From assembly GCA_052426225.1 (NCBI GenBank), contig JBNJNM010000021.1, forward strand, positions 434,001 through 498,000: DNA of 64,000 nucleotides, read 5' to 3'. Within the stretch, counting starts at the first letter, position 1; every line of letters begins with the position of its first letter. The translations under genes were made by a program, and so were the position numbers. The DNA comes from Zancudomyces culisetae HAW-14-8. Lineage: Eukaryota; Fungi; Kickxellomycota. The notes under the pieces were generated by a model, which worked only from the letters and a program-made list of their open reading frames with translations, was not told where the DNA came from and searched no databases. This document shows, piece after piece, positions 1-12,556 of this stretch.

Positions 1-410
1 GGGTCTTTCTTTGCTTGACCATCACCAGCTACTGCGTCGATACTGCTATGTGAGTGCGCGTTGCTTATCATTATTGTATCGCTACTTTGACTTTCATCGA
101 TACTTTTCTCGGTCGTTGGGCTAGTTTTGCTGTGTAAATCCAGCATCTGGCCTGATCCAATTGTCAGTTCATCACTACCTCTCTGTCTGTAAGTCTGTAT
201 ATCATACAAATCATCTTTATTATTAACGTGATCCTCACAAACGGTCATTATGTCGCTATTTGAAGGAGATATCAGTCCCGTATTATCTGTTGCGATCTTA
301 GAGGACTGGTGCTGAGACCAAGTGCTACAACTTGCATTTTCTTTTATGCCTGTATCGTGTTTATCTTTGTTGGTTTTTATAAACAGTGGGTTAATTTTGT
401 TTTCTTTCAT
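1..410 (-). CDS. N-terminal part of an unknown protein, running off the left edge of the window
   Basis: ATG at 410 opens a stop-free frame to position 1 (MKENKINPLFIKTNKDKHDTG...DAVAGDGQAKKD). An in-frame TAA lies about 60 nt upstream. No recognisable domain. Confidence 0.6.
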   Translation of the reverse strand, partial: MKENKINPLFIKTNKDKHDTGIKENASCSTWSQHQSSKIATDNTGLISPSNSDIMTVCEDHVNNKDDLYDIQTYRQRGSDELTIGSGQMLDLHSKTSPTTEKSIDESQSSDTIMISNAHSHSSIDAVAGDGQAKKD

Positions 411-2518
411 TTTATCGTTTGTTTGCCGCTTGGACGTATTTACTCTTACTTTACTCTTACTTTTGTGCTTTTATATTTCAAAATACTGGTATTTTTTGTT
501 TGTATATATTTAAGATTGCTTCACCTAGTGATATATACTCCTTTTTTCTCTCTTGACCTGCTCTATCTCCCCTCCCTTCTAGACGAGCTTTAAATTAACG
601 TTTTTTGAATATTGATGTAGTTCCTATTCACCTTGAAGTTCAAACCCACCAATTTGTTATTAGTGAAGAAATTCTACTTTTGTCAAGAGTGAATAAGCGT
701 TTAAAAATAAAAAATTGGTGTGCGAATTAAGATATATTACTTTTAATTTTCTGTTCATAAAGAGTTTGAAATACGAATATTGTCTTAACACCACCTTAAA
801 TGTATATTTGCTTTTTTCAATGCCATATAAAATGGTATGTATTTGTACCCTAATATACGACAGCCACTGAGAATTCGTGCATATAAGCCAAATCACATTA
901 TTAGCATTTTAATGATTTGTATGGTTTTTTTTTTTCCTTTTTGGAACTAAGAATTGAGAAAAAAATCTAAATGCCGATTTAAATTAACCCCATTTAGCCT
1001 CAGGCTTACCATCGCATTATTATTAAGAGCATATTCACCATCTTGGTGATTGAACTTGTTGCATTTTTCAAAATCCTCCTCTGCTATCCCCCATCCAACA
1101 ATGACCATTAGTCTCAAACATGATATCATTTTTGCCTTTGTCTTTTGCTGTTTTCTTTTTGGCATTTTTCAATTTGTTGCCAGCACGTAAAAAAAAAGCC
1201 ATCATTAATAAATAAAAACACAGAATAGTTAACCTGAAATGTGTGAGCATGTAAACAAAATCAAATCCAGAGGTAAAAACAAAAACAAAAACAAAAACAA
1301 AAACGAAACGTCAAAAAATAAAGAAAAGGCATCCACTACCAAGTCTGATAATCGATATTGCATGGAACCCATAAAGGACCTTTCCCCATTCCAAATATTT
1401 AGCATAAAAGACAATAATCTGTGGAAATTGGCTACTTTAATTCGCCATTTACTCCAATTAGCTCAATAAGCCATTTGCTTGTAGTTTGTAGAAAATGCTA
1501 AATGAACAAACAGCCAAATAGAAAGCACAGGAAAACAAACCCAACATTGCTGCTTTGTATTGTTTTAATCACAATCGAGTTTTTTTCTAATTTTTTTTCT
1601 TCGCATTCAGAAACTTTGGTGTGGTCATTTATTCTTTCATTCTGATGAAGGAATTTTAACAGCCATTATTTACTCTCATCAAAGCATTATTACCATTTTA
1701 TTTACTTTTGCGCTTTATTTTACATCGCGGTAGTGGTGATGTAGTATGAAAAATGTAAAGGCACCTGTTACATATAGTGGGTATTCATAAAAAAAGTGAC
1801 AAAAACGAACAAACATCATTGTGGAAAGTCTAATGTGTTTTAATCAAATTTTGCATTCTCTTCTAGTTCAGATAAAAACAGATTGCGCTTGTATCTTGAT
1901 CAAAAAACAAAACTTGGCACATGTAAAATAACTGAGTTCATCTGTGTCCATGCCCTTGAATAAGAAAAAAAAAGGCTCTAGTTGAATAGCTTTGTATGTG
2001 TGTGTATGTGTGTGTGTGTAGTAGTTTTGTCGTATATTTATAAAAAAAGAAGAAATACTCGGTTAACACGTGGTGATAGTCCCATCACACGCATCAGTTA
2101 TGTACACAATAGAAGAGACGTGGATATTTATCGGTCTTAATCCCTTATAGGCATCTCCAAATTTAAAAACAACCTAGTAGTCTGTAGAACCATCCATTTT
2201 GTAATATGGCTAACTAATTAGTGGGAAAGGTGTATAGTTTTGTGAGCATTATACTGTTAAAAACGCCCTATCTACTCAATTGATACATAGATGAACAAAA
2301 AGTGGAAGAAGCTCAAGCAGAGCAGTATATCGCTATGATTTAACTGGGCTTTTATAGAGTGTAAATAAAACAACGATGTATAAATCACCATGATCCTTTT
2401 CTGGACAAACTTTACAAAATCTAATAACAAAACAAAAAAAAAAACTATAAAAAATATCGGCAGAAAAGCATATATATATATATACACATAAATACATGTA
2501 TATAAACATTGCTAAATT

Positions 2519-3297
2519 TTAATTTGGAGGAGGAGCTAGTTGGGGTTGAGCACCAGCAGACATCCTGGAAATAGCGATACCAACGCCTTCAATCAATGCC
2601 AAGAGAACTCCACCAAATACTGCAGAAACAGCTGCGGTTCTTACACCACCTCTAGAGGCCAACAAACCACCAGTTATGGCACCTGAGGCTATCGAATTCC
2701 AAGGATCTTCCTTTTTTCGGAGTCCTTTCATTGCACAATCAAAAGTCGAAAACATACCACCCCATATTCCAAAGTTTCCTCCAAGTACAGGACCTCTGGC
2801 GCGCATGGCTGCCATAGCACCTCTGAATCTCTCGCCCTAATAATTTATAAATTAGCAAGATAAGTAATTGTTGATGGATTTATTACTGTCCAAGGGAAAT
2901 CAGGCTGGCACGGATTATTCTTTTTTCTGATCCAACAAAACTTGATAAAATAGTGTTTCACCTATCCCACACCTCCCTCCATTTCCCCATTTTTCCCGTC
3001 CTTTTCATGTAAATTCCTTTCGAATAAATTGCCAAAAAAGTGATAAAGAGTTTAATAAAGCATCAACCTACCTGTGGGGAGTTTCTTCCACCTTTGATAA
3101 AGTTCCATACGCCACCACCTATGGCACCCATACAAAATGCACCACCGGCATCATTCAGTATAACCCATGGACTAAATATACATAATTGGAGAATGGTAAG
3201 TCTTAGGCTTCTACTAATCGGTTAAAACGCCATATTTATTATATAAAATTTGCAGTAGTGTTTACCAGGGATCTCTAGTAGTATCGGAGCCTCTCAT
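2519..3297 (-). CDS. TIM17: Mitochondrial inner membrane translocase subunit Tim17; exons 3297-3266, 3171-3072, 2836-2519
   Basis: Spliced product [38 protein letters not shown]...[20 protein letters not shown]...[15 protein letters not shown] introns keep the frame. Confidence 0.95.
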
Positions 3298-4043
3298 TCT
3301 ATGTTTCTATATCTATGTTTTCTATATTCTATATTTTGTTTAAATTGTGGCTCGGATTGAGAATGGATCAAATAGCCAAGTCCCTTTTTTTTTATCACAA
3401 TTTTTATATACCAAATGATAGTTAAGCAATATTACAAATAGACAGAAAGCAAGTCCAAATTCAAATGTATCAGAAAAAAAATTTTATATTTAACGGAATT
3501 TTTTTTTTGGAGTGGAAAAATGGCACTATTTCAGAATTCTAGATATGTCTCATCAACTAAAACGTAAAAAAAAAGAAAAAAAGCTGACAACCTGATTTGA
3601 TTACAAAAACATTGATTTCTTGGTTTTGCAATGGTCTAAAAAAAAAGAGTGAGAAGAGGTAGAATTAATCTTCTTTTTTTCAGCACTGCTAGCGAAATAT
3701 GGTGTCCGATATGACACTCAGAATGCATAATTATGACTTTACATTGAGAATTGAAGGTTTTGCTTTGAACTCCTATTTGACCTGAGTATTGACAGGACAA
3801 AATGAACATGGTTTGAGCGTTTGTTATGCTTTGTGGCTCACAGATAAAAGAACTCAAATTCAAGGGCTTTCTGCACCATTTTACCCATACACACAAAAAA
3901 ATGAGTGAAAAAAGCCAGAAAAGAGAGAAAAACAACACTAACACTTTATATAGAGAACCGAATAACAAAAGAGGTAGAATATCTAATCAAAGTAACAACT
4001 AGGCCCGAAATAAATAATAAGATGGTAAAAATACGCCTTCGGT

Positions 4044-5093
<1,050 letters not shown>

Positions 5094-7032
5094 TTAAATA
5101 ATAAAAATAAAACGTAAATGAAAAACCAAAATTATTTGATTTTGGGATATTCAGAGGTGGAAAATTAAAGTAGGGGTTTCCAATTTCGGTTTGTTTTCCC
5201 TTTCATTTTGCATATTTCAGCGCATTTATAATTATTTGATTTAAATTGGCTAAAAGTTCTGATGAACATTGAAAAAATAATGCTAAATAAAAAAAAATTT
5301 TTTTCCTTTTTTAAAGTGATCCAATTTAAATAGGTCTTGCAAGCATAGTAATAAATGAATTAAAAAAAGACAAAATAAGCTGCGGCGATACATTGCACCT
5401 TTTTCTATAAGAGTGGAAAAGTGTAGGGGAGCTACAAGGTCTGTATAGTAGTTCGTTAGCCATTCCAACAAGGAAGAAACAGTGGTTTTATTTCTGGTTG
5501 CTCAATTGAGAAAGAAGTAGTGAGGACATGATAACATTTGGTGATCCGATAGAGGTCTTCTCCAAATAACTGCTTTTTTCTGCTCAAAAAATCACCTTGT
5601 GTTCGTTTTGTTTGGCGGGGAGGGAAGTAATAACGACTATTTCGCAGACCTTCTGCTATTGTGACTTTGAATATGACCGAGAAATGCTGGTGATTTCTTG
5701 GGCAAAATGCAATAGTTTTAAGGGAATAAAACGTAATAAACCCACCAAATGGAAAAAAGCGGTGTTTTGTTTGCCTAGTGGTATTGGCCCAATAGCCATT
5801 TGAAAGGGCTTTTAATTTAGTTTTTAGACCTACATCCAATAAAAGGGTGGGTTGAGAAAACATATAATTTTGCTTGCAGTTTTTTTAATTTTAATCCAAC
5901 TCGTCTTAATGGAGTATGCAAAAACTGCGATAAATCTCGAATACATGCTCCGTTTATAGAAATTCGCGGTAATTTCATAAAAGCACAATGGAGAAAAATA
6001 CAAGAAAGGCTCTATTTCGTGGTGTTAGCCCAACAAAAAACGCCGGCAAAGCTTTGGGTATTACCTTATCAAAAGGATACAAAATCCATGGTCTAAAAAG
6101 CCATTCAGTGTCCCAGTGAATATATAAAATGTTACCCAATTTGAATAGTACAGTGAGGTTAGCACAAATGTTGGTGGCTAAAGTTTAGTATAAATATTGG
6201 GTTTATTCATCACCAGCCCAAGGATTGCTTGTTCAAGCTTTTTGATCAATGTGTTCTGGTCTGAAGGTATTGATCCCAGAATTACCATTCACATCATACT
6301 GTGTACACCTGCGTATACGTGTATATCAGCATAAGGGAGTGTGTGGTGTTTGTGAAATATCTGATTCCCCTGTACTTCAAGCAATAGTTGCTGGTACCAA
6401 AGTTTTTACCGACTAGCTTAGAGTGGAAAAAAAAATTATAGCATGTCAAATATTGCCCAGTTCATCCATAAACAGGTGTGTTACTCATGAATAAAAAGAA
6501 TCTCTGCAAAATATAGATACTCAACTACTACTTGGAGTTTTGTATTCCTCTACATAGACAAGAATGTTATCCTACACTATAATGGAGAACTAACAAAAAA
6601 TGAAAGTAAAACCCACATGCCCAAAAGGCTTGAAAATTTAAGGCTCAAGAAAATAAAAGAGGTTATTCCTTTCCTGGAATGCAAACGAAAAAAATGCCAA
6701 TTCGTGGAAAATAGCAAATGGCACACACGAATACCCACAGCTATTTTTTGCTTTGTACTTTTTGGCAAATGATAATCTTCCACTAGTTGGATTGCTGCCA
6801 AATAAACCAAAATTGCTTGTTCTCAAAATTGATTTACAACAAGCCATAAAAGAGGTATGCTAACTTGACCAACTAAATATATTACTTTAAAGGGTACTTG
6901 TGATATATTCATAGTGAAACATCCTTTTAAATACTGAATTTTATATACTAAAACACAAAAAACTCCCCAGACAAGTAAAGAATAACACTTTAAACATACT
7001 GAATTGAAGTAAAAGATAAAAGGAAAGGAAAA

Positions 7033-8478
7033 ATGAGGTTGGTATTTCTAGTATTTGTAATTTTAAAGGTATTACTAGCCTTTGTGAAACCAGACGGGGA
7101 GATTCAGGAGGGGAAAGGGATTGAAATGAGAGAATTCGAAAGGGATGGGGAAACTTACATTTGTATACTGGCACCGAGCGCGGGCAACCTTACTGGAAGC
7201 GAGGGCATCCATAATGTTGAGGAGAAATGCTACCCAAAGGTTTTCAAGGCAACAGATGAGTTTCAGGAAATAAAGCAAGGACAGGTAGTCGAAAAGGGTT
7301 TGCATTACAAAATAGACATGCGTTCAGGTATTCGGATGGCCAAACTTTTAAAGGAAGAGCAGGATGTTAATGAATCAAATAAAGACTACAAAGCGTATAT
7401 TGGGGGGAAAGACGGATTAGGTAGTGGTAAAAAGCAGGTGATATTTCAAATTGATAGTGAGGGAAAAGTTGAAGAAAAAGTCCAGAAAGTAGGAAAAGAG
7501 ATCGTATTAGTTGAAGAGGCTTTAGAAAATGTGAATAACGTGAAAGAAAAGGATTTGGAGGATAAAATGAAACCAAAGGGTAAGGGGGCTGAAGCTGAAG
7601 CGGAAGCGGAAGCGGATCAGATAAATGAAAAGCTACGTGAATATGTTGATTTCTTTACAGTGTCAAAAGATAGGAGTGAAAAGATAAAGTATGCAGAATT
7701 AATCGAATACCTAAACAAGCTGGAAGGGGTGTCGCATGATATAGATAATGGTGTAGAAGTAATGAAGAGTAAGGAGATATATGATGCGTTAGCAAATTTT
7801 GAGGTCGAAAATGTGGAATATGAGCGACACAAGAGTCTTAAAAAGCAAAAGGAGGAAATAAGGGGTAAGATAGCGATGGTATTTTCATCAGCAACGCAGA
7901 ATAACAGAGAGGCACAGGATATAGTTATTTCTCGGGGGCTGATGAAGAAGTTGTTAGTGGCACTAGACAAAGAAAAGGAGAGTGTACAGGTTCAACGACA
8001 TTTGGTGGTGAGTATTTTGAGTCTATTGGGAGGAAATACACAAAGCCGCAGTGAAATGGAGAAGGAAAAGGGGATAAAGGTATTGTTCAAGAAGTATAAG
8101 GAATCATTGGAAAATAAAAGAAAACAAGTAGGGGAGAAGATGGCTGAAGAAGGGTTGGGTAGGGAGGAAAACAAATTACGGGTTAAAATAATGAGTGTTA
8201 TTCAAGACTTTTTTGATGATGATATGTTTCCACAAGAAAAAGATGGAGATTCAAGCCAACAAAAGCAAGAGCGGAGCAAAATTGCAGGAATATGTTGCAA
8301 ATCATTCAAGAAGCTATTGAAAAAATATAAAAAGGGTAAAGCTAGAATGGCAGAAAAGAACAAGAAGGAAATGAAAGGTGATAAGTCGATGTTTGGAAAC
8401 GAGTGGATTGAAGAGGAGATGCAGATGGTTAATGAACAATATCTGGGACTAAAAAATAAGTATCCAAAAGTTTGTTGA
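7033..8478 (+). CDS. SIL1: Sil1-like ER nucleotide exchange factor for BiP/Kar2
   Basis: N-terminal signal peptide. FKATDEFQEIKQGQVVEKGLHYKIDMRSGIRMAKL matches the Sil1 N-terminal motif. ARM-like region (LEGVSHDIDNG, SATQNNREAQ). Confidence 0.8.
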   Translation: MRLVFLVFVILKVLLAFVKPDGEIQEGKGIEMREFERDGETYICILAPSAGNLTGSEGIHNVEEKCYPKVFKATDEFQEIKQGQVVEKGLHYKIDMRSGIRMAKLLKEEQDVNESNKDYKAYIGGKDGLGSGKKQVIFQIDSEGKVEEKVQKVGKEIVLVEEALENVNNVKEKDLEDKMKPKGKGAEAEAEAEADQINEKLREYVDFFTVSKDRSEKIKYAELIEYLNKLEGVSHDIDNGVEVMKSKEIYDALANFEVENVEYERHKSLKKQKEEIRGKIAMVFSSATQNNREAQDIVISRGLMKKLLVALDKEKESVQVQRHLVVSILSLLGGNTQSRSEMEKEKGIKVLFKKYKESLENKRKQVGEKMAEEGLGREENKLRVKIMSVIQDFFDDDMFPQEKDGDSSQQKQERSKIAGICCKSFKKLLKKYKKGKARMAEKNKKEMKGDKSMFGNEWIEEEMQMVNEQYLGLKNKYPKVC

Positions 8479-8622
8479 CATGTAGATTTTTCGATATAGG
8501 TAGATTGTTAGGTATTAATAGCCCTTTTATTTATTTATTTATTTAATAAATCATAAATAAATAAAAAATGAGAGAAAAAGAGAAAAAAAGGGAAAGAAAA
8601 AATGAGAGAGGATTAATGTTCT

Positions 8623-9750
8623 TTATTGACGCTTGGCTTTAAGATCAGCCAAGCATTCTTGAACCAAGTCTTGTTGGAATTTAGGATTCTTAAGGAGTCC
8701 TCTAATATTGGTGACGATCTTTTCAGCGACTTGTTTTTGTTCGCTCTCACGAACACTGCGTTCGTAACGGACATGGGAGTCCAAGACAGCCTTAACTTCG
8801 TTGATAAAGGCAATTTCCTGTTGTTTTTCAAAGATTTCAGCCTCCATCTTGACGATTTCTTTACTAAGAGCAAAGAGGTCACTGTTGACAGCGTTGATGT
8901 TGGAAAGCTGGGACAGGGAGGAAATCTTGGAATCTACCAATTCCAAATGTTGTTGTCGTGCCGAATTCATAGTGTCTCGTAGAGTTTCGCGGTATTCATT
9001 ACCCCACTGCTTCATTGGCTCCCTAACCTTGGTATATAGCAGAGTTACCAAACTTGCAAATGCAGCAAGAATTACTGTTTCTTCGTTAAAAACGTAAATC
9101 TCCTTGCTGATCAACAATGCTGTCAAACCGGTTGCGGCAGCAATGTATCCGGTCTTGGTAACCATGCTATCTCCAGGCAATGATGCAATGATGCTGGTAG
9201 CTTTTTCTTCTATAAAAAGTTTAAAAGTAAACCAGTAAAGAATGTTAAAAACTTTTGACAATTTGCAATAATTGGATTGTAAATAATCATAAAAGTCGAT
9301 TTATTTTATTTGATTTTAATTCATTCTTTGTAATGTTGGATATGCTTACCACTGCTCTTGGATACTTGGTTTGAAGTAGAAAAAGATCTAAATCAAATAT
9401 AGAATTTGAAATAATCAAAGAATTATACAATGTATAATACAAAGTATGAATTGTGAATTTGTGAATTTGTAAATTGTGAAAAAATGTTTTTATATACCTT
9501 GAAAGAGCTTGAGCAGTCACTTTTGGAGCAAAAGTTTTGGTAGCATTGAGGGCAAGAGAATGAGTACTCACTAATCAATTATAAAAAATATAATATAATT
9601 AAAATCAAAACATTTACATTTAAAAATCTCGAGGAAACTTGAAGGATTTATACACATCAAGTAAAATGTTCAAGTGATAAAGTAAAGAAAAGTAAAAAAA
9701 AAGGTGTTACCTAGAGCCTTTGATCCACCTAGTAATTGTCTGAATGCCAT
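8623..9750 (-). CDS. ATP4: Mitochondrial ATP synthase subunit b/4; exons 9750-9711, 9570-9498, 9387-9350, 9209-8623
   Basis: Presequence (MAFRQLLGGSKAL...RSFSTS), then SLPGDSMVTKTG, ISKEIYVFNEET and KAVLDSHVRYE. Splice phases are consistent. Confidence 0.93.
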
Positions 9751-10382
9751 GGCTTCTTTAGTTTATCCTTCTTTTATTTTAATAAATTTATAAAATGTGA
9801 TTTTAAAAATTTTTTTCTTTTAAAAGATATATAATATTTAAGAACAATTAACAAAAATAAATGTTGTTAGATTAAAGTTATAAAAGGCAACATAACAAAA
9901 AAAAAATAAAATCCAAAAAAATGAACGGATTTTTAAGCAGGGGGAGGGGGGGGGAAATTGAAGGTTGGAAAAGTGTGAAATAGGAGGATGAACGTGAGAG
10001 AAGGGGAAAAAAGGGGAGGCAAGTAGGAGGCAAGGGAAGGGGGAGAATGAATTTTGTTTTTTTTTTACCTATCAATTTTTCTACTTTTTTTTTTTTACTT
10101 TGATGTTTTATCAAGATTGTAAATGAAATTTTTCATTCACAGAAAAAGCAGAATAATAAAAAAGAAAAAAGAAAAGATAGATTAAATTTATTTATTTATT
10201 TTAATGTTTCAAAAATAAAATTAAACTGTAGAAAGAAAAAAAAAAATTAATAATATATATATATATACATATAAATATAAATATGTAATCGTATAAATGT
10301 AGAATAGTGGTGGGATAGGGAGGGGGGATGGTGGGATAGGGATAGGGGATGGGTGGAGGGGATGGGGGTAAGCGGAAAAGAG

Positions 10383-12311
10383 TTAAAAGTTTTCGTTATC
10401 AAAATCCTCTTCACTCAAATATGTAGCTACTACAGTACGATCCGCAAATTTCCGTCCAGCAAGCGCTGTAAGTGCTACTGAAGCATCGGAAATATCCCTA
10501 AAACACACAAAAATCTTGCCTACTCCCTTATTTTCTCCTCCTTGTTCTCCTCCTTCAATATTATTATTATTGGTATTATTATTATTATTGATATTATTGA
10601 TATTGTTGTTGTTGTTGCTTTTCTTTTTTGGTCTTGGAATTTTTATATCTTGTACAACACCAAATTTACTACATTCATCACGAACATCTTGTAAAATATC
10701 CAAATACTCCTCATCATCCAACAATTCCTCATGGCTAACCATGTTCAGTAGTTGCAATACACGTGATTTGCGAGCAGCAGTACCACTTACCGCAGGAGCC
10801 AGTAATGATTCAGGCATATTGACAGGCATGATTCCAGCTTGTTGGAGTGCCAATAAATGTGCTGAAGAAGAACCACCACCACCACCACCAATGCCACCAC
10901 CAATGCCACCACCAAGAGGATTGGTAGAGGATCTTGAACCTACACTAGCCCTTTGAACAATGATTCTACAATCACCCAATTCCATATTGTTGAGACCTTG
11001 GCAAGCTACATCGGTAATACTAGTATCAACATATTCACAAAAGGCAAAGCCTCGAGATACACCAGTAGCTACATCACGGACCAAACAAAATGCTTTTAAT
11101 GGCCCAAAAGTCTGTAATAGCTCGGCTACATCATGATCGTCCAAGTAGGTAGGCAGGTTTCCTACATAGATTTTAAAAGGCGTTTCACCCACTATTGTTG
11201 GTAATCCTAAAACACCAATATTCCCACCACTTCCTCCCGCACCACCTCCACCTCCAGCTCCACCAATACCTCCACGAAACGGTCGGACATCTGGTGGTTG
11301 TCCAGCTGGTGCAACATAATCCTTAGGTCGTCTGACTTTAAGACCACAAGCCAAAAACTGAACACCATCCAAACCCATTCCCAAAGTAGCTTGTTCGGGG
11401 TTGCGGAATTCCACAAAGGCGTAGTTCTTGTCATTGTTGATTTGTACCGACATTACCGAAAAGGCGGGTGCAAAGCCCCGATTTTCCATTTGCTCGTTGA
11501 AAAACGCAGCTATCGCATCTTCATTTACTCCATATGGAATGTTTCCTACATAAAGCCGCCTCTGTTGCTTGGCAACCAATTCCTCGGCCTTCTTTTTGGC
11601 CTCGGGATCTTGTATTTCTGAAGGCGATTTGCTTTCTTGTAATACCGAAGGATTAAAGGAAGCCACATTTCTCGAACCCAATGATTGTCCAGGTGGCGGA
11701 AATAATCCGGCCTTTTTAGCCTCAAACGCTGATAGATTTTCAAAGCCTGGCGGTGCTAAATCCCAGAGATTTAGCTTTGGCTCGCGTAGATGAAGCGGAA
11801 CTACCGCTTTTGCTTGTCGTTTGGAACGTGAACGGGAATGTGAACGCGAACGCGAACGCGAGCGGGAAAGAGAATGTCTTTTTCTTCTTGATCTTCTGTC
11901 TCTACTTGAATTTCTTTCTCTTTCTCTGTCTCTGTCTCTGTCTCTGTCTCTATCTCTATCTCGATCACGATCCCTATCTCTTTCGCGTCCTCTATCACGA
12001 TCTCGATCACGATCTCTATCCCTGTTTCTTTCTCTTTCTCTTCCTCTATCTCTATCCCTATCTCGGTCTCGGTCTCGGTCTCGGTCTCTTTCTCGATCTT
12101 GATCTCTATCTCTGTCTCTTTCTCTTTCTCTTTCTCTATCACGTCCTCTTTCTCTGTCTCCTCCCCTATCACCGCCTCGATCTCTGTTATAATCCCTTTC
12201 GCGTTCTAATTCAGGATTGTGAATATTGTCGTCAAGAGTATTAACAGGAGCATTCTTTCTCGCCTTTTCTAACTGCAGTCTTAAATACTGCTCCTTTTCT
12301 TGAGTATTCAT
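10383..12311 (-). CDS. U2AF2: Splicing factor U2AF large subunit (U2AF65/Prp2-like)
   Basis: RD/RS domain, WDLAPPGFE (ULM), RRM1 RRLYVGNIP..KNYAFVEF..LKVRRPKDY, RRM2 KIYVGNLP..SRGFAFCEY, and C-terminal UHM (LLNMV..DVRDECSKFG..LAGRKFADRTV). Confidence 0.95.
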   Translation of the reverse strand: MNTQEKEQYLRLQLEKARKNAPVNTLDDNIHNPELERERDYNRDRGGDRGGDRERGRDRERERERDRDRDQDRERDRDRDRDRDRDRDRGRERERNRDRDRDRDRDRGRERDRDRDRDRDRDRDRDRDRERERNSSRDRRSRRKRHSLSRSRSRSRSHSRSRSKRQAKAVVPLHLREPKLNLWDLAPPGFENLSAFEAKKAGLFPPPGQSLGSRNVASFNPSVLQESKSPSEIQDPEAKKKAEELVAKQQRRLYVGNIPYGVNEDAIAAFFNEQMENRGFAPAFSVMSVQINNDKNYAFVEFRNPEQATLGMGLDGVQFLACGLKVRRPKDYVAPAGQPPDVRPFRGGIGGAGGGGGAGGSGGNIGVLGLPTIVGETPFKIYVGNLPTYLDDHDVAELLQTFGPLKAFCLVRDVATGVSRGFAFCEYVDTSITDVACQGLNNMELGDCRIIVQRASVGSRSSTNPLGGGIGGGIGGGGGGSSSAHLLALQQAGIMPVNMPESLLAPAVSGTAARKSRVLQLLNMVSHEELLDDEEYLDILQDVRDECSKFGVVQDIKIPRPKKKSNNNNNINNINNNNNTNNNNIEGGEQGGENKGVGKIFVCFRDISDASVALTALAGRKFADRTVVATYLSEEDFDNENF

Positions 12312-12556
12312 TTTTGTTTTTTGTTTTTTTGTTTTTTTTGTAAGAATTTGAATTTCTTAAAACGAAAAAAATACCAAAAAATCAAAGAAAAAAAGTAATA
12401 AATAAAAATATATAAAATAAAAAAAATAAACACGTATTTATTATCAAGTAAATAATAAATAAATGAGATGAAAGGGATAATTGAAATATAAAAATAAAAA
12501 TAAAAATAAAAATAATATGGTTAAAATAAATAATAATAATAAATAAATAAAACAGA

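Noticed and set aside
947-1165. 72-aa minus-strand ORF with an ATG|GTAAGC donor-like site, as a possible upstream exon of the gene at 1-410
   Set aside because: No convincing in-frame YAG acceptor found and no recognisable homology.
5400-6500. Coding-like composition between Ran and SIL1
   Set aside because: No sustained frame or motif I can recognise. BLASTX is needed.
11753-12244. Alternative-frame ORFs with ER/LS/ET repeats
   Set aside because: By-products of the hexamer repeats encoding the U2AF65 RD/RS domain.
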